Source of the DNA: Chrysomallon squamiferum
Lineage: Eukaryota; Animalia; Mollusca
Reading direction: 5' to 3'
DNA: 64,000 nt
Assembly: GCA_012295275.1 (NCBI GenBank)
Contig: CM022671.1
Coordinates: 26,102,001 to 26,166,000, forward strand
The position numbers and the translations under genes were made by a program. Shown here one piece after another: positions 48,784 through 63,800 of the stretch; within the stretch, counting starts at the first letter, position 1, and each line of letters begins with the position of its first letter. The notes under the pieces are model-generated. The model searched no databases. It was not told where the DNA came from and saw only the letters and a program-made list of their open reading frames with translations.

Positions 48784-51428
48784 GCATGTTTATTATAGTA
48801 CATATATGTGTGTTTACATGTATGTATCTACAATAAAAAATGCTATACAAAAAAATTAATACACAGATTTTCTATCATTAATTTTTACTGTCAAAATCTT
48901 TTCAACTGTTGATAATTAAAATATTTCGAATTTTTCCAAGATTAAAAAAAACAACTTGTTGGGAATTAAAAATTCTTCAACATTCTCCAAATTTTCAGAG
49001 AACTGTTTTAGATTTTATTGTGTGATTATTAATCACTTTCACTAACATGTGTGATTCTCATCATGTTTGTTTCACTTGTTTCTATATAGATTCCCTGTCT
49101 GCTATAAAGAATAATATGTGTTCTGTGTAATATTATATGTCTGAGGTTCACCAAAGTGTTCTCTTTAAGGAAGATTGTTTTTTTTTAGTCCTTTCTCTAG
49201 AAGATGTAGTTTGATCTTTTGAAGCTGTTTTTTCAGTGTTTCTAAAACATTAAAAAAAAAACCCCAAAACAACCCAGTTTATTATATGATACACCAAGAA
49301 AGCTTAAAGTTTCTTACTGAAAACTAAACATGGTTTTTGTATCTTCAAGTAAATTTATTTTCCTTTTTCTTTCAGTATGGTGAATTTAAACAGAATTGTT
49401 TTTCCCCCATTATTTTCTTTTGTTTCTTTTGTTTTATATGCTATTTGTATCTATGAGGATTACTGGTGGAGATGAAGAGTTTTTAATGAGATTGTTTTGT
49501 TTTTAATGGATGTTCTGATGAAACTTATACACACAAAATAACACTGAGTAACTTTACTTTGTCTAAAACAAACATGGCAGCGTTAGTGAGGGGAGCATTT
49601 ATTGCAGGAATTTTACCTGGGTGATGATATCTGCAGTGTTTATTGGCTTTGCATTCCTGAAGATCATAATTACAGTTTAGGTTTTTCTTCTGAAGACTTA
49701 CGAACTGTGAAGATACAAGACTAATAATACATTAGTATGGTATGTGGTTAATGATGCCAGTAAATGGAAAATAATCTATTTTCAGTGGTTTGTGAAGATT
49801 TAGGGGATATAAGTGTGTCTTTAAAAAACATTTCTAAAATTATTACTGAGAAGAATATAATAAAATGACTATATATATATATACTACAGAAATCCTCTAA
49901 ATATATATAGAATTATAATAATTTGAATAAATCATTGTTAACTTGACATATATTTTTACAACAGTTATTTCATCACAGCTTACAATAATTTATTTACAAA
50001 GCATGAAAAATTGATAATCATTTAGTAAATAATTTTAAGCAGAATTGGCAAATATTAAGAAATTTTTAAAAATTATAAGAAAACAAACAACTGTGGATAA
50101 AATAACAACACTCCTCCTGCTACTACTACTAGTATATAAAAACATTTTTTAAAAATCACCCACTGATAGAGGTTAGTCTTTACTAGTCTAACATATGCTT
50201 ATAATTAAGTAAATATGCTTGTTTAATTTAGAGAGATTATGCCAGTTACTGCAATTTAAGGAAAAAGCCATCTTATTATGAACAAGATTAGTCCTAAGAA
50301 ACCCATCACTCTGTTTACAAATCATTTTTCTTTGTCCCAGAATTCCTTTAAAAAGATTAAAATCTCACACTGCATTTTTTGCATTTCACTGGATTAGTTC
50401 ATCAGTGTTACTAGTGTTTAACAAGCTCCATTCATTACGAATGCATCTCATTTTCTGGCTCTTTTGGCAACTACAAATGTATTTCTTGCTCTCCGTCTGT
50501 TTTAACAATTACAAATGCATATCTTGCCCTCTCTGGCTCTTTTAACAATTACAAATGTATCTCTAGCTCTCTGCCAAGTTTAATATTTACGAACATAGCT
50601 TCTTATTCTCTGTCTGTTTTAACGATTTCAAATACACCTCTTGCTGTCTCTCTCTTGCTCTTTTAACAATTACAAATGTATCTCTTGCTCTCTACCTCTT
50701 AACAATTAGAAACATATCTATTGCTCACTCTTGCTATTTTAACAATTACAACCATATCTCTTTTTCTCTGTCTATTTTAACACTTACAAATGCATTTCTT
50801 GCTCTCTGTCACTTTTGACAATTTCAGATTTATTCCTTGTTCTGTGCCTGTTTCAATAATTATAAATGTATTTCGTGTTCTTTATTTTAACGATTACAAA
50901 TGTATCTAGCTCTCTCAGCCTGCCTCTTTTGACTAGTTTCATCATTACACCAACCATTAATCTACCAGAGACCATGTGTAGTCTATATATTTGTTTTAGC
51001 TGAACAAAAATGACAGGCCTGTACAGGAAACTCCAAATGTTCAATGTTCTTACTTGCTCTGGCCAGCCAGAAATAACTTGCAGGCAGCTGGCATACAGTG
51101 TACATGACTAGTGGGAATGGTAGAAAAATTAACGCATTCAAACATGTGTTATTGACATTTTATTAAAGAGAAGTGAAAGTTATGCTGAGTGTAATGTACA
51201 TTTGGTGTGTGTTTGAAAAACCGTTTGTAATAAATAATGCAAGCAACAAATCAAGTAATTTTTGATTGAAAAATGAACGAATATTTAACGGCACTTACTA
51301 TCATATCAGTATGTTAGAGTTTTGAAATCTGTGTTTTGTACATGAAAACTGCTAAAAAATTGAGGGGAAAACAATTTAAAATTTAAAATGAATTTATTCA
51401 CTAAAAGAAAAGATAGCCTTATATTGAG

Positions 51429-51479
<51 letters not shown>

Positions 51480-52454
51480 TATGGAGTACTGCTGTACAGA
51501 TCAGTGAAATGTTATGTTTTCTAAACTTTGATGTTTTAAAATGGTCTCCACCCAGTTAAACAACACCTGATAAACACTCAGTATGTGGATATATCTAATT
51601 CAACTGATATCACTTTTAAAAAGTGAAAAACAAATAAAGCATCTCGTTTCATTATATCAAATATGTTTTTAAAGGTTTAAGTTGTGCAAGTTTTGTTATT
51701 TTTACTTTTATTTTATTTCATTTCATTTATTTTTATTTTTTTTATGTGTGAAATTTACACAATTTTTTCCTTTGTACATATATCTGAGAAGATCTTGTAA
51801 ACTTTAAGTATTTACTTCCTTTAAGAGACAGACAAAGAGAAAGAGAGAGAGAGAGAAAAAAAAGAAGAAGTGGGAAATAGAAGAAAGTCTTGAATACATT
51901 TTTAAAAAAAAATATGAATACGCATTTAAATATTTATTTTATATACTTAATTAATAATTATTAATAATAAACTTTTTTTTTTTAGGTGATATTTTAAATA
52001 TTCATTCCTTTTTCATTAAAAAAAAAAAATATATATATATATTGTTTTTATTATCAGGTTAATTTTCTGTGGATTATTTTCTAACAGACAAAAATTCCAG
52101 AAAATGTTTGTTTTTTAAAACACGTGGTTGTCTGGATGTTTTTACCCCGTCTGGTGCTGCTCTAGCAAAATACACTCTTCTTCCTGAAAGAAGCTTCACT
52201 TCCTGTTTTTGTAATGCTTTTGTTACCATCTGACCCAGGAGTGCATCATGTGCTGCATCACATCACTCATCATCAAAAACAAATAAATTATTAAATAAAA
52301 ATTACAGAGAGGGATAATAAACTTTAAAAAAAAACATCAACAACATTAACAAACAATATATATATATATATATTAATTAATTAATTGTGAGAGAAAATTA
52401 ACAAAGAAAAAGAAAATGAAAACCCAAAGAAAAACTGTAACAAAATGCTAGCAC

Positions 52455-52487
<33 letters not shown>

Positions 52488-55400
52488 CATAAAAATCCTA
52501 TTTTACTATAAACTTAATTTAAAATGTAATTTAAAATGTAATTTTTCTAATTAATTAATTTGAATGAAAAGATGACAAATACAGCAGAAGTTATTTACTT
52601 AAATTATATGACACAGATTTGACTTCATACGCCGAAAAATATTGTAATATTTGATTATATCAGTCACACAAGTAAACCATCCTGTTAACAAATAGAAATA
52701 ACTGATACAGTGTTCAACTGAAATAACCAAGTTAACTTCTGATAACTTTCCATAGACGTCAGACATGTTAACAACAACTTGCTTATACATAGCTGTTCTA
52801 TAGTTATACACGAAATTTATAACTGTTTCTTTTGTTTTGTTTTTATTTCTGAGTTAACCTTTAGATAACATTAAGCAATGTTAAAATAAAATTTATTACA
52901 TGTGATTTTCTACAGTGAAAAAAAAAAAAAAAAAAATTAACTTTGTTATTTCAAAGAAAATTTTCAGTGATGTTAAACATATTACAATGAACTTTATCAT
53001 ATATCATTCTTCCACAGTGACAATAACAAAATTTACAGAACTGTACGCAGATTATTAAAGTAATCTAGTCAGAATTTTGTCAGAAATCTACTGCACCAGC
53101 AGTTCTATTAAAAGTTGAAAAGCTTAACATATATAAATCTTAGATAAAAATAATAACATGTCACACAGAGGTAAAATTCTGTGTGCTAGTGGTTTGAAAA
53201 TCTCACCGAGTAGGTGAGATATAAGAGGACAAAGTATATTCAATGCAGACCTGAACAATGTAGAACATTCTTCCAACAGAAAAAAAACAAAGATGTAATC
53301 AGATGGTATACACAAGGCAGAAAAGAGTACACTATAGTTTCATGTAAAAAAAAAAAAAAAAGACTCTGTGTTTCTCTTTATTTTGTAACATGACTCCCTC
53401 ATTCTCACAGAAGATTGCTTTCTGTCTGTTCTTTGAAGATGGTTTTTCCATGAACCATGTCCTCCTGTTAACATTTGTTCCACTTACAAGTCAAGAGTTC
53501 ACATGGCTTACTGCACATTTTCATTTAGTTCATCAGACTAAATTCAATTTCAGTTCTGGAAATTAGTTTTGTTTCATGATCTCATTTGCATCTATCAGAG
53601 ATAACACCATTACATCCATTATTTTGTTGGTGGCTTTTTTTTTTTCTTCTTTAAAAAAACCCAACAATTCTATGGTACCCACAGAAACCCATTGTTTAGT
53701 AAGAACTTTTAAAACAAATGTTGTGTTATTCCTTTATTAAATCACATTTTACAATTAACTGGATACTTCTGATCAGAAAAATAACATACTTGAATCTTCA
53801 TTAAATTTCATAAAGGAATCAAATTTTTATTCATTGTTCAGTAATAACTTATTTTATATAATTTCAAACTGAAAACATATTCACAGTGAACTTAACAGTA
53901 AAAGCTTGACATAATAAAAACAGCATTTAAAAAACGAAACAAAGAAAAATCTTACTGCAAAACAAAAATTTTATCAACAGACAAAAATGAAAAGAATGAA
54001 AAAGTAAAAAAAAAAACCAACAACCCCAAACCCCTCAAAACAAACAAAACAAAACACAGCACCCAAAAATTTTGATATTAATTTTCTGACATATACTGAA
54101 ACGAAGTTTAAAACATCAGAAATAATTTCTTCCTTGTTAACATTAGCTTCATTTAGAAAGATGGCTTATAGTAAACCAACCTTCTGCAACAACATCAACA
54201 ATAATAATAAAAATAACAACGTAAAACAAAAATCCCACCAAAGCAACAGCAATAATAATACAAAATAACAATACTGCTACTACTACTACTACTACTACTA
54301 CTACTAATAACAACAATAATAACATTAGCAATAATAATAAAAATAACAAAAATAACAAAAAAAGACCCAAACAACACCAAAACAACAACAACAACAACAA
54401 TAACAATAATAACAGCAGAAATTCTTATTTGTAATTGTACACAAATTACAATTTAGAATTTCTGCTGGTTTGAGCCAGTCTCATTATACTGATAGATGGG
54501 AACACAGTCCATAGTTCTGACAACTGTGATAAATGTGATGACACTGGAATCTTGCAGAAAATACAGTTAAAAAGTTCAGGTGATGAACTGACATCTTCAG
54601 AAATATTCTTTTGCACATGTAAAGTCTGCTGAGTTATGGAAAGGCAGTTTCAAAGATTTGTTGTTTTATATCGTGGTGTAGTATTAATTATTAAGAAAAC
54701 AGGAGATATCGTAGATTTGTATTATTGGTGATGTTATTTTTATGTGTATTCATTGGCATGAAGTGTTTTAACTGATGACAAATATTGTGCTCTGTGGTTG
54801 AGTGTGGGTTATATGTGTGCAAATGTATGCATGTGTGTATGTGTGTGTATTGTGATAATTAGCTTTGTCAGTACCTTCTAAAGTAAAATTAAGATCCCTG
54901 CATCATTTATTATGCAGAATGACAAAAACAACAACAGTAATAACAATAATAATCATCATCATTAATGAAAGAAAAAAATAATTAGTAAATAAATAAATAA
55001 AATAATAATAGTAGCAGTAGTAACAGTAATAGTTTTAATAATAATTATTATCAACTAAATTTACAGTCTGTTGACACACTTAGTAATGTACAGTGTCATA
55101 TCTCCTCATGAATGTTTATACCAAATGAACATTAATTTACTTTTAAAATATTCAGCTTCCCTCTGCCGTTGTTTAGCAGTTTATTATGACAGTCATTAAA
55201 ACGGTGTGAAAGTGTTTTTGTATTTATTTTGGAACTTAAGAGGTAATTGATGCTAAGCATACAAAATGAGTTTCTTAAATCATTTTTAGATACAGGATGG
55301 GAAAATGATGACGAAATAATGATGCCTGCAGACTGACATTTATATATTCTGTGTTGCTGAGTGAGCTCATACAATTTGATCCGCCCAGTGAATGCTATGT

Positions 55401-56308
55401 TACCCAGTCTATGTTGATTTTTTTCACCTTATTAAAATAAGAATAATATATATATATTTTTTTTTTAAATATTTATTCAGTTCAGTTAATATTTTTGAGT
55501 AAACAATATATGAAGATAAAATATCATGAAAAATTCACAGGAAATTCATAGTTAAATATTCTATATAAAAAAAATTAAACAAAACAAAATAAAATAAAAA
55601 ACTAAAAATAAATAAATAAAGTAAATGAAGAAGAAGAAAGATATATTTTTCATCAGCTGTTTTGACAATGGATATTCAAAAAAATTATGTTTTTATTTGT
55701 TTTGTTTTGTTTTTTTAACCTATATTATAAAATGTTGCTTAATGTTTTGAATCTTTTTTTAATCGTTGAGCAAACATGTTTAAACATGTAAAATCCTTTA
55801 ATAAAAAAAATGAAATTAATCTTTTAAAAAATTTTCTGGAAATTCAAGATATTTACTAGATTAACAGCGTAGAACTAAGTAAAAATTAAAATTAAAAAAT
55901 TAAAATATATTAATTAAAATAAAATAAAATAAAGTTTTCACATATTAGTTATTTATGTCACCGATAACCTTTACTCGCTTCTGTGCTTCAAAATGGCATA
56001 TGTTGGTCTCCATGATAACATAGGTTTCCATGACATGAGAATATGAAGTATATTTATGTTTATTTAACTTTATATTATCAAGAAAGATAAATAAATCAGA
56101 TACATCAATAAATAAGAATAATGAAAACTAAAACAATTTTCTTTAAATTTAGTAGTTATTCTACACAATCCATCAATCTCTGTTTAACACATTGAAACCA
56201 ATAAGATTCATGAAACAAACAAACAAACAAAACTACCACAAAACTAAAATCAAATAAAACTTTAAAAAACCCCAATAATAATAAAAATTAAACAAAAAAC
56301 AAAATAAA

Positions 56309-56379
<71 letters not shown>

Positions 56380-57752
56380 CAAAGTAACAAGCAAACAAAA
56401 AAATAAAATATAATAAAAAATAAAATAAAATAAAATTTCCATATTTTGCTACACATCCCATAAATTAGAAAATAACATTTATTGGCTGGAATATTCTAAA
56501 TTTGTGAGCACCTTTTGGAAAGGGAAATCATTAAGTATGTGTATACAGAAGAGATAATCTACTGACTGCTTAAATCACAGATGTGCTCAGGATCAGAAGA
56601 CAGGTTATTTCACAGGCTTTAATTCCTGAAAAAAAAAAAAATATATATATAAAAAAAAAAAAAATAATAGAAAAAAAAATAATAATAATAAAATAAAATA
56701 AATAAATAAATAAAACGATAACAATGACATGTAAGAAAAATGATAATATACATATAAATTCTGCCCCCCAAAAGAAAAATGTATTAGTTTATAAAAAATT
56801 CAGTGAGTTGAACAAAAATCATTAATTTAATTATTAAAATGTCCTTCTATGTTACTGTCTGAGATTCGTACAGATGTTCGCTAATATGCTTCACTTGTGG
56901 TCTTCACAGTTTCTGAAAAACATTGCAAAGAAAATGTACCTGTTAATGCAAGCTGCTGAACTATTTTGTTTATATAGATTATTAGGTAACACAAATGTTC
57001 CAAAAATAATAATAATAACTATAAAATAAAACGAAGATAAGAAAGTATTAGATATGTAACCAGCTGAAACAGAATTATAAAATAATAAAAATATTTTTTT
57101 TTAAAAACAGATAAAATAAAAATAAAAATTACTATAAAAAAAAAATAAATAAAAGAATAATAATAAATAGTAAATAAAATAAAATAAAATAAAATTTGCT
57201 TATTTTGCTACATGCCCCATAAATTAGAAAATAACATTTATTGGCTGGAATATTCTAAATCTGTGAGCAGTTTTTGGAATGGGAAATCATTAAGTATCTA
57301 TACAAAGAAGAACAGGTTATTTCAAAGGCTGTAATTCCTGAAAATATACTACAAAAAAAAAAAAAAAAAAAAATTAAAGAAATAATTTAATAAAATGATA
57401 ACAATGACATGAAAAAAATAGTGTTAATATACGTATATATTCCAAAATGCATTTATTTATATAAAATTCAGTGAGTTGAACAAAAATCATTAATTTAATT
57501 ATTAAAATGTCCTTCTATGTTACTGTCTGAGATTCGTACACATGTTCAAAAATGTGCTTCTCTTGTGGTCTTTTCGCAGTTTCTGAAAAACATTACAAAG
57601 AAAATGTGCCTGTTATTGCAAGCTGTTAAAATATTTTACTTATATAGATCATTACGTAAAGAAATTATAACACAAAATAATAATAATAACCATAAAATAA
57701 AATAAAGATAAAGAAAGTATGAGATATGTAACCAGTTGAAACAGAATTATAA

Positions 57753-57824
<72 letters not shown>

Positions 57825-60800
57825 CTTTGGGGTTTTTTACCTGTGTAGTTCAGATGTGTATTTTCTGATTGTATTTTTTAATTTTAATTTTTAAAATCAC
57901 TGCACATTCTCTGTATTAAAAGTCAGATACATCAAATTGATGCATATGAAGTGACTCACTATTTATTTCATGCACTTTGATCTTTATTAAACAAAAAACA
58001 ATGGAAAAACTAGATTTAATTAATATAAATTTCACTTAATCAAAACTAATTTTAACAATAAAACAAAATAAAATAAATAAAAATAAATAATTCTGAAGCT
58101 GTGTCAATATTTGACTTTTGTCAGATTGTGAGCGATATTTTTAATTCCTTTGGCTGTTAAATTTGAACAAGTATATTCATTATTAATTGTACTTTTATCC
58201 ATAAATGTTTCAGGTTTTCACATGCTAGGAATCCGTGTTTCAAAATTTGGCTCTTTATCTATTTATTTTTATTTTTATTAATTATCATCATCATCATCAT
58301 TTTATTATTATTAATTAAACTTTTTCCTTAGGTCTCTGATAATTTAATTTGCACAGATTCAACAATTTTGCATTTACTAGTAGCCCAGATTTATTATCCA
58401 AGGCATCAAGCTGGACTTCATTACAAGATAAGTTTCAGAGAGAACATAATACCAATACTTACAAAAAGAAATTTCTTTAATATATAAATGAATACCTGAA
58501 TACCATAACTTTAGTCTCATCAAGATTAATCTTCATTCCAATAGCTGTGCAAATCTTAAAGAAATTTAATATCAGTTTTCAGCTGAGAGGGTGGAAAAAT
58601 TAGTGTGGCTAATACCAAAGGTATGCATATTCTGCATGTTAACTGAAATGAATACTCCATGATTTTTGAGGAAAATTTTTTTTGTTAAAAAAGTATGACA
58701 ATTTGAGGTCTATGAGAGCACAAACGTTACACTTGAAATATTCAGAAAGGCTGTTTACAAAGTGCAAAGTTTACCAATATGCTGATGCAGTAATGCTTCC
58801 AGATTTTTTTGAGACACCAGCCACAGTTACAATAGTAAGACATTATACTGCACTGTATCAAATGATTTTGAAAAAATCTACAAATAAGAAATTAAATATC
58901 CCTTTTTTCTTTATGAATATACTTCCTAAAAGCTGCATGCAGAGTAAAGTAAGTGACACAAAAACCTGCCTGGATTTCTTCAGTTATTTAATAAGGCAAT
59001 CATTTAAAATCAATGCAAAGAATCAGTCAGTGAAATCTCTCTATGGTTATTTTAACATTAAAGCATGAATGTCCCAGATGAAAATGCATGTACCAGGTTA
59101 TCAAGAGTTTTTCGATCTGTTTATAATGGATAACATCATAATGCAGTTCATGCTTTAGTTTTATCAAAACTTAATCAGGACACAAATTTAATGGCAAATA
59201 TAAAGGGAAATGTACTCTTACTCCTGATAAGGTAACTGTCTTGTTTGCCTTGTTGGGAATACTAGTTCTGTCTTCACTTTGAAAATGAGAAACAAAATGA
59301 ATTAATCTGAAAATCATTTAAACAGGTTCAAAATGTGCAAGATGCAGACTAAATGTCTGTGTTGCTTGTTAATCATTTAAAACATGGTAAAATATTTTAT
59401 TTTATTTAATTTTTAAAACAATTTTATTTCTTCTGTTAGAAAAAAAACAACAATAACAACAAACAAATAAACAAAACTCATTATCCTCTGAGTTCATTTA
59501 GATATCATTAAATGTCTTTTGTAAATGTCTTCATTTTCAAACAATGAAGAAATAACTAAAAGGTTGAAAAAAACAAACAAAAAAAACATTACAACTCCAG
59601 ACAAATGCATCCAACAATTGTAATTATTGGTTTTCTGTAGACTTTTCCTTTTGTTATTATGTCATATTAGAACATTATTATTACCAGCTGTCTGCATTAT
59701 GTTTTCAGTTAAAAAGCCAGATAACTGGAGATACAACTGTCCAGATATCCCATCTTTTCAGTTACAATACGACTTTACTATTTTTACGTTACAACAATAA
59801 AGCCACTGTTAACCTCTCCTTTGCTTATATTTCCTTTTTTATTTCATTATTGTTATTTTTTTTAAAGCCGTTTATAATACTTTTGGCATGCTTTCAATTG
59901 TCATAACAAATGGACCATTACCTGGTTATTTGAAACATATACAAACACAGACAGGTCACCCAGGCACAAACCCATCACTCTTGTGCTGTCCAGATTTTCT
60001 CAGAAACAACAGATCTCAGACATTTTGCATTTCTAAGACAAATGGAATTGCTGATGGCCTGTTGACCTTGAGATAACTTAATTAACCTGTTCCTTGTTGA
60101 TTCTCACCACCATGGGCTATGATCAAAGGACACAATCATCTGCTGAGCACCTGTTTAGATTCTTCTTTACAGTAGTTTGTGTGGGCGAAATTCTCAGTTA
60201 AAGTCTGTTTTACAAAGAAACAGTTTAAAAGGTTTTTTCATTCTTTTTTGAATAAATAAAACATTAAAAAAAAAAAAAAAAAGAAAACAACAACAAAAAA
60301 GAACTACAAAAAACAAAAAGCCAAAAACAAATAATAATAAAAATAATGGAAAAAAGGGAAACAAGTATATTTATACTAATATTAGCATAGTGTACATAAA
60401 ATAAAGGCCTAACACTGATGCACAAAAAGGTGCTAATATCAATGGTATAAATTTCAGAATGTATTAGTTTATTAAAAAAAACCCTAAAAAAACCCTTAAA
60501 AATGCAACAACAACAACAACAACAACAAAATATAAAACAAACCTCCCAGTAAATATTAATTAAGTGTTAATTGTTAGCCTTTAATTTCATCCTGGACTAT
60601 TTTAATGCTTCAAATTCATACACATGTTCTTTTCTTGATTTTTTTTTTTTTGATTTTCTTGCAAAGTGCACATGAAGAACCAAATTATGTTCAAAAAAGA
60701 TTAAACGAACAGTAACTGCAACAACATTACATTCGAAAATCTCCTTTGTTATTAAGTCGTATCACAACATTAGTATTTGCAGTCTTTGTTTATCATGGTA

Positions 60801-63800
60801 AAACAATTAAATTCTCCTACCTAACCATTTTGTTTTTTTCACTTTGACTTGCTGATGGATGCTCTACTCTATGGTCAATAAATAAAACAATGATCTGTGA
60901 TGATATGCTGTTTACATGTCTTCTGGGGATTGTGAAAAAAAAAAAAAAAAAAAAAATGAAGAAAAAGTATGGCTTCCTGTAGAGACTGTGGGCTGTTCTT
61001 AAACATCTGAGTAAATAATAACTTTACAGTCTGTTCAAAACGATAGTCTGTCTTGGGAAAAAAAATGTGTGTTCTCTTTTACAGGCAAATCAAAGCAAGT
61101 TAATGATCTGTGTATAAAAAAGCTCCCAGTGGAACTGTTGATACTCACAAAGTTAAATGTTTATTAATGTGAATGTTAATTTTAATTAATATCAGCTTTT
61201 GCTGAATAATGAAGAAATTCTGGCTGATTATTTGAGAAAATATTCTTTGTTGTTTTTGTAATCCATTAGAATTTGTGAGTCTTGTTTTAATTAGTGGGAT
61301 TTGTTAGAATTTACCTTATTTGTAGTTGTAGTTTTGTTGTTGTTGTTGCTAATTGCCGTTGTTGTTTTGTTTTTGTTGTTGTTGTTATTATTATTATTAT
61401 TATTGTTATTACTGATATTATTATACCATTTTCAGATAAATGAAGTTGACAAAACAGACATTCCTGACTGGTTGAATTACGATTCCTCAAGCCGCTTGTT
61501 GACTGGTGTTGCTACATCGCACAACCAGGGCTCCGTATTCATTCAGGTGGCAACAGTTTGCGAGACAAAACAAAGAGAGAGGTGCCAGCCTGAGACTGAT
61601 GTTTTTCAGATCACAGTTAAGTACGAAGGAAGAGGCTCCCAGGCTGATGATGACAGTGAAAAATGTGAAGATGAAACAGTGCTGGCCAATTTAGTTCTTT
61701 GTGTATCACCTGACAATTTAACTTTATCACATAAATTGCACTTGATCTCAGGCATGGCAGATTTTCTGTCAATTCCTCGATCAACACTGACTATTTTGCC
61801 ATCTTCGGGGCAAAAACTGTTAGCAGTGGAGAAAGGTTATCAGATAATTTCTGCAGGCCCTGGTTCAGGAAGTATTTGTGATCTCAATAAAAATGTAGAA
61901 CTGTCTTGGTATCTTGCATGTTCGACCATTAAGCATTTGGCCGACTTTGACAAAATTCTGCAGCACAATATCAATGTTGGCCGAATTGAAAAAGAAATTG
62001 GACAGAAAATTGTTGGCTGGTATGTAGCATCACCTAACTCACTGATACATTTTCAAAAACGCAGACGAAGGCAGGCTCGTTACAGAACAGCTGTGCCAAC
62101 TCCAGTTTTCTCTCCAGTAGTTCCAACCAGGGTTGTACAAAGTCACACTGAGGAAAAGATTATAGTAACATCCATTCAAGATTTGTCTTCTACAAAATAT
62201 GCACCCAGCAGGTTCACTGTGACCCCAACTCTGACTGAGACATCAGTTTCTTCAACTTCTGTAATCCACAGTCTTTCACAGTCAGTGACACCAACAAAAA
62301 GTACTGAAAAGTCCATCTCAACAACAGAAGTTCCTGATCTGACTCCAGTATACACAGAAAAAACAACACAGGTCAAGACTGTTGAAGGTAATTTTACAAC
62401 AGTGAAATCAAAACTAATTGTTAAAGAAAGTAGTTTCACAGAAATAATACAAAGCACAAGTTCTGAAACTAGATCGTATGATAAGTCTCTTCCTTCGGCA
62501 ACCATTTCACCATCTTCAACTTCTGAAGTCAAAGTTATCATAGCAACGCAGCCACCAATACCAACTACAGTTTCTCCTGGCTGGACAGTGCCACTGGAGC
62601 CCAGTGAAAGTCTTTATCATTCATCATCAACGTCAGTGAGAACAACACCACCAATGAAGACTTCATACTTGACATCTTCATCATCCACATCTCCACTACC
62701 TCCTACTACAACATCTAAGACTGTCACAGAGGAAGCTGTAGGTTCAGGTTCAGGACATGGTGATACTCGAGATGATGAAATTGAATCACCAATATCTGGA
62801 ATGACATCTGATATTAAGGAACTTGCACACAGATCTATTGTAAAAGAAAGTACCATATTGGCAGTGCCAACTGCAATATCAACGGACTCTTATGGCATTC
62901 TTCCTACTCAGACAGTTTTAATTAAAGGTACAGAAATAGTGGATAGCAGAGTGGAAGAGCCTATTACTAAAGATGCTAGTATTCTTTCTGATGTTGTGAC
63001 TAAATCTCATGTCATTCAAACGACTGCATCAGAGCAAACTACAAGACAGCCATCAGAAACAACATTACCTGTTACTTCAGAAGATCAGCTAATGTCACCT
63101 TCTATTGATTCTAGTTCATCTTCAGACATGATTTTCTCAGGCTTTGGAAGTACAGAGGATGCTGGTGATCTAGCTTCTGAAATGGTAAAGAAAATAGCAT
63201 CAGAATTTAAATTCTCTCCAGTGTCTAGCACTCCTGTTATAAACAAATCTCCAGGTGCTGATTTCTTCTTTGAAAGTGAAAGTGATCAGCTACACATGTC
63301 AAGATATCTTGTCGATAGCATGATGTCAAAAGTCATGATTGATTCGAGCAAGCCTGTTGAAGAGGTCATGGAATCTGGTTCAGCTGATACATCTGGATCT
63401 GGCCAGCCTCTGATAGATGACGAAGAAGGAAGTGCTGTTTCAGTTAATGTTTCAGCTGTGCTTATGCCTGGCCTCCAGACTATCTCTCCACATCTTGCTC
63501 AAAACACAACACCACCTCTTACAGGAAGTTCAGATTTGATTTACACTCGCATGTCATCAACGCCTGTTGTGTTCAAGGAAATGGTTCTGCTTTCCACTTC
63601 TGTATCATTATCAAGCCACGACATACAAAATACTTCTGGGGTATTCATTCCACCAGTTCAGATAATTCCAACAACAGTTGTATCAGAAACAGAATCACAA
63701 ACCCTGGTGTCTCAGGAAGTCTTTAAGCCAGAAACAACATCTGGACAGTTTGCTACTCCATCAGGAGATTCAGAAATGGCTTCTGCTTCATCTGGACTGG

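Noticed and set aside
58682-59068. 128-aa ORF inside the dystroglycan intron
   Set aside because: It has a non-ATG start, no recognisable domain and no convincing splice sites. A decayed transposon fragment cannot be excluded without a search.
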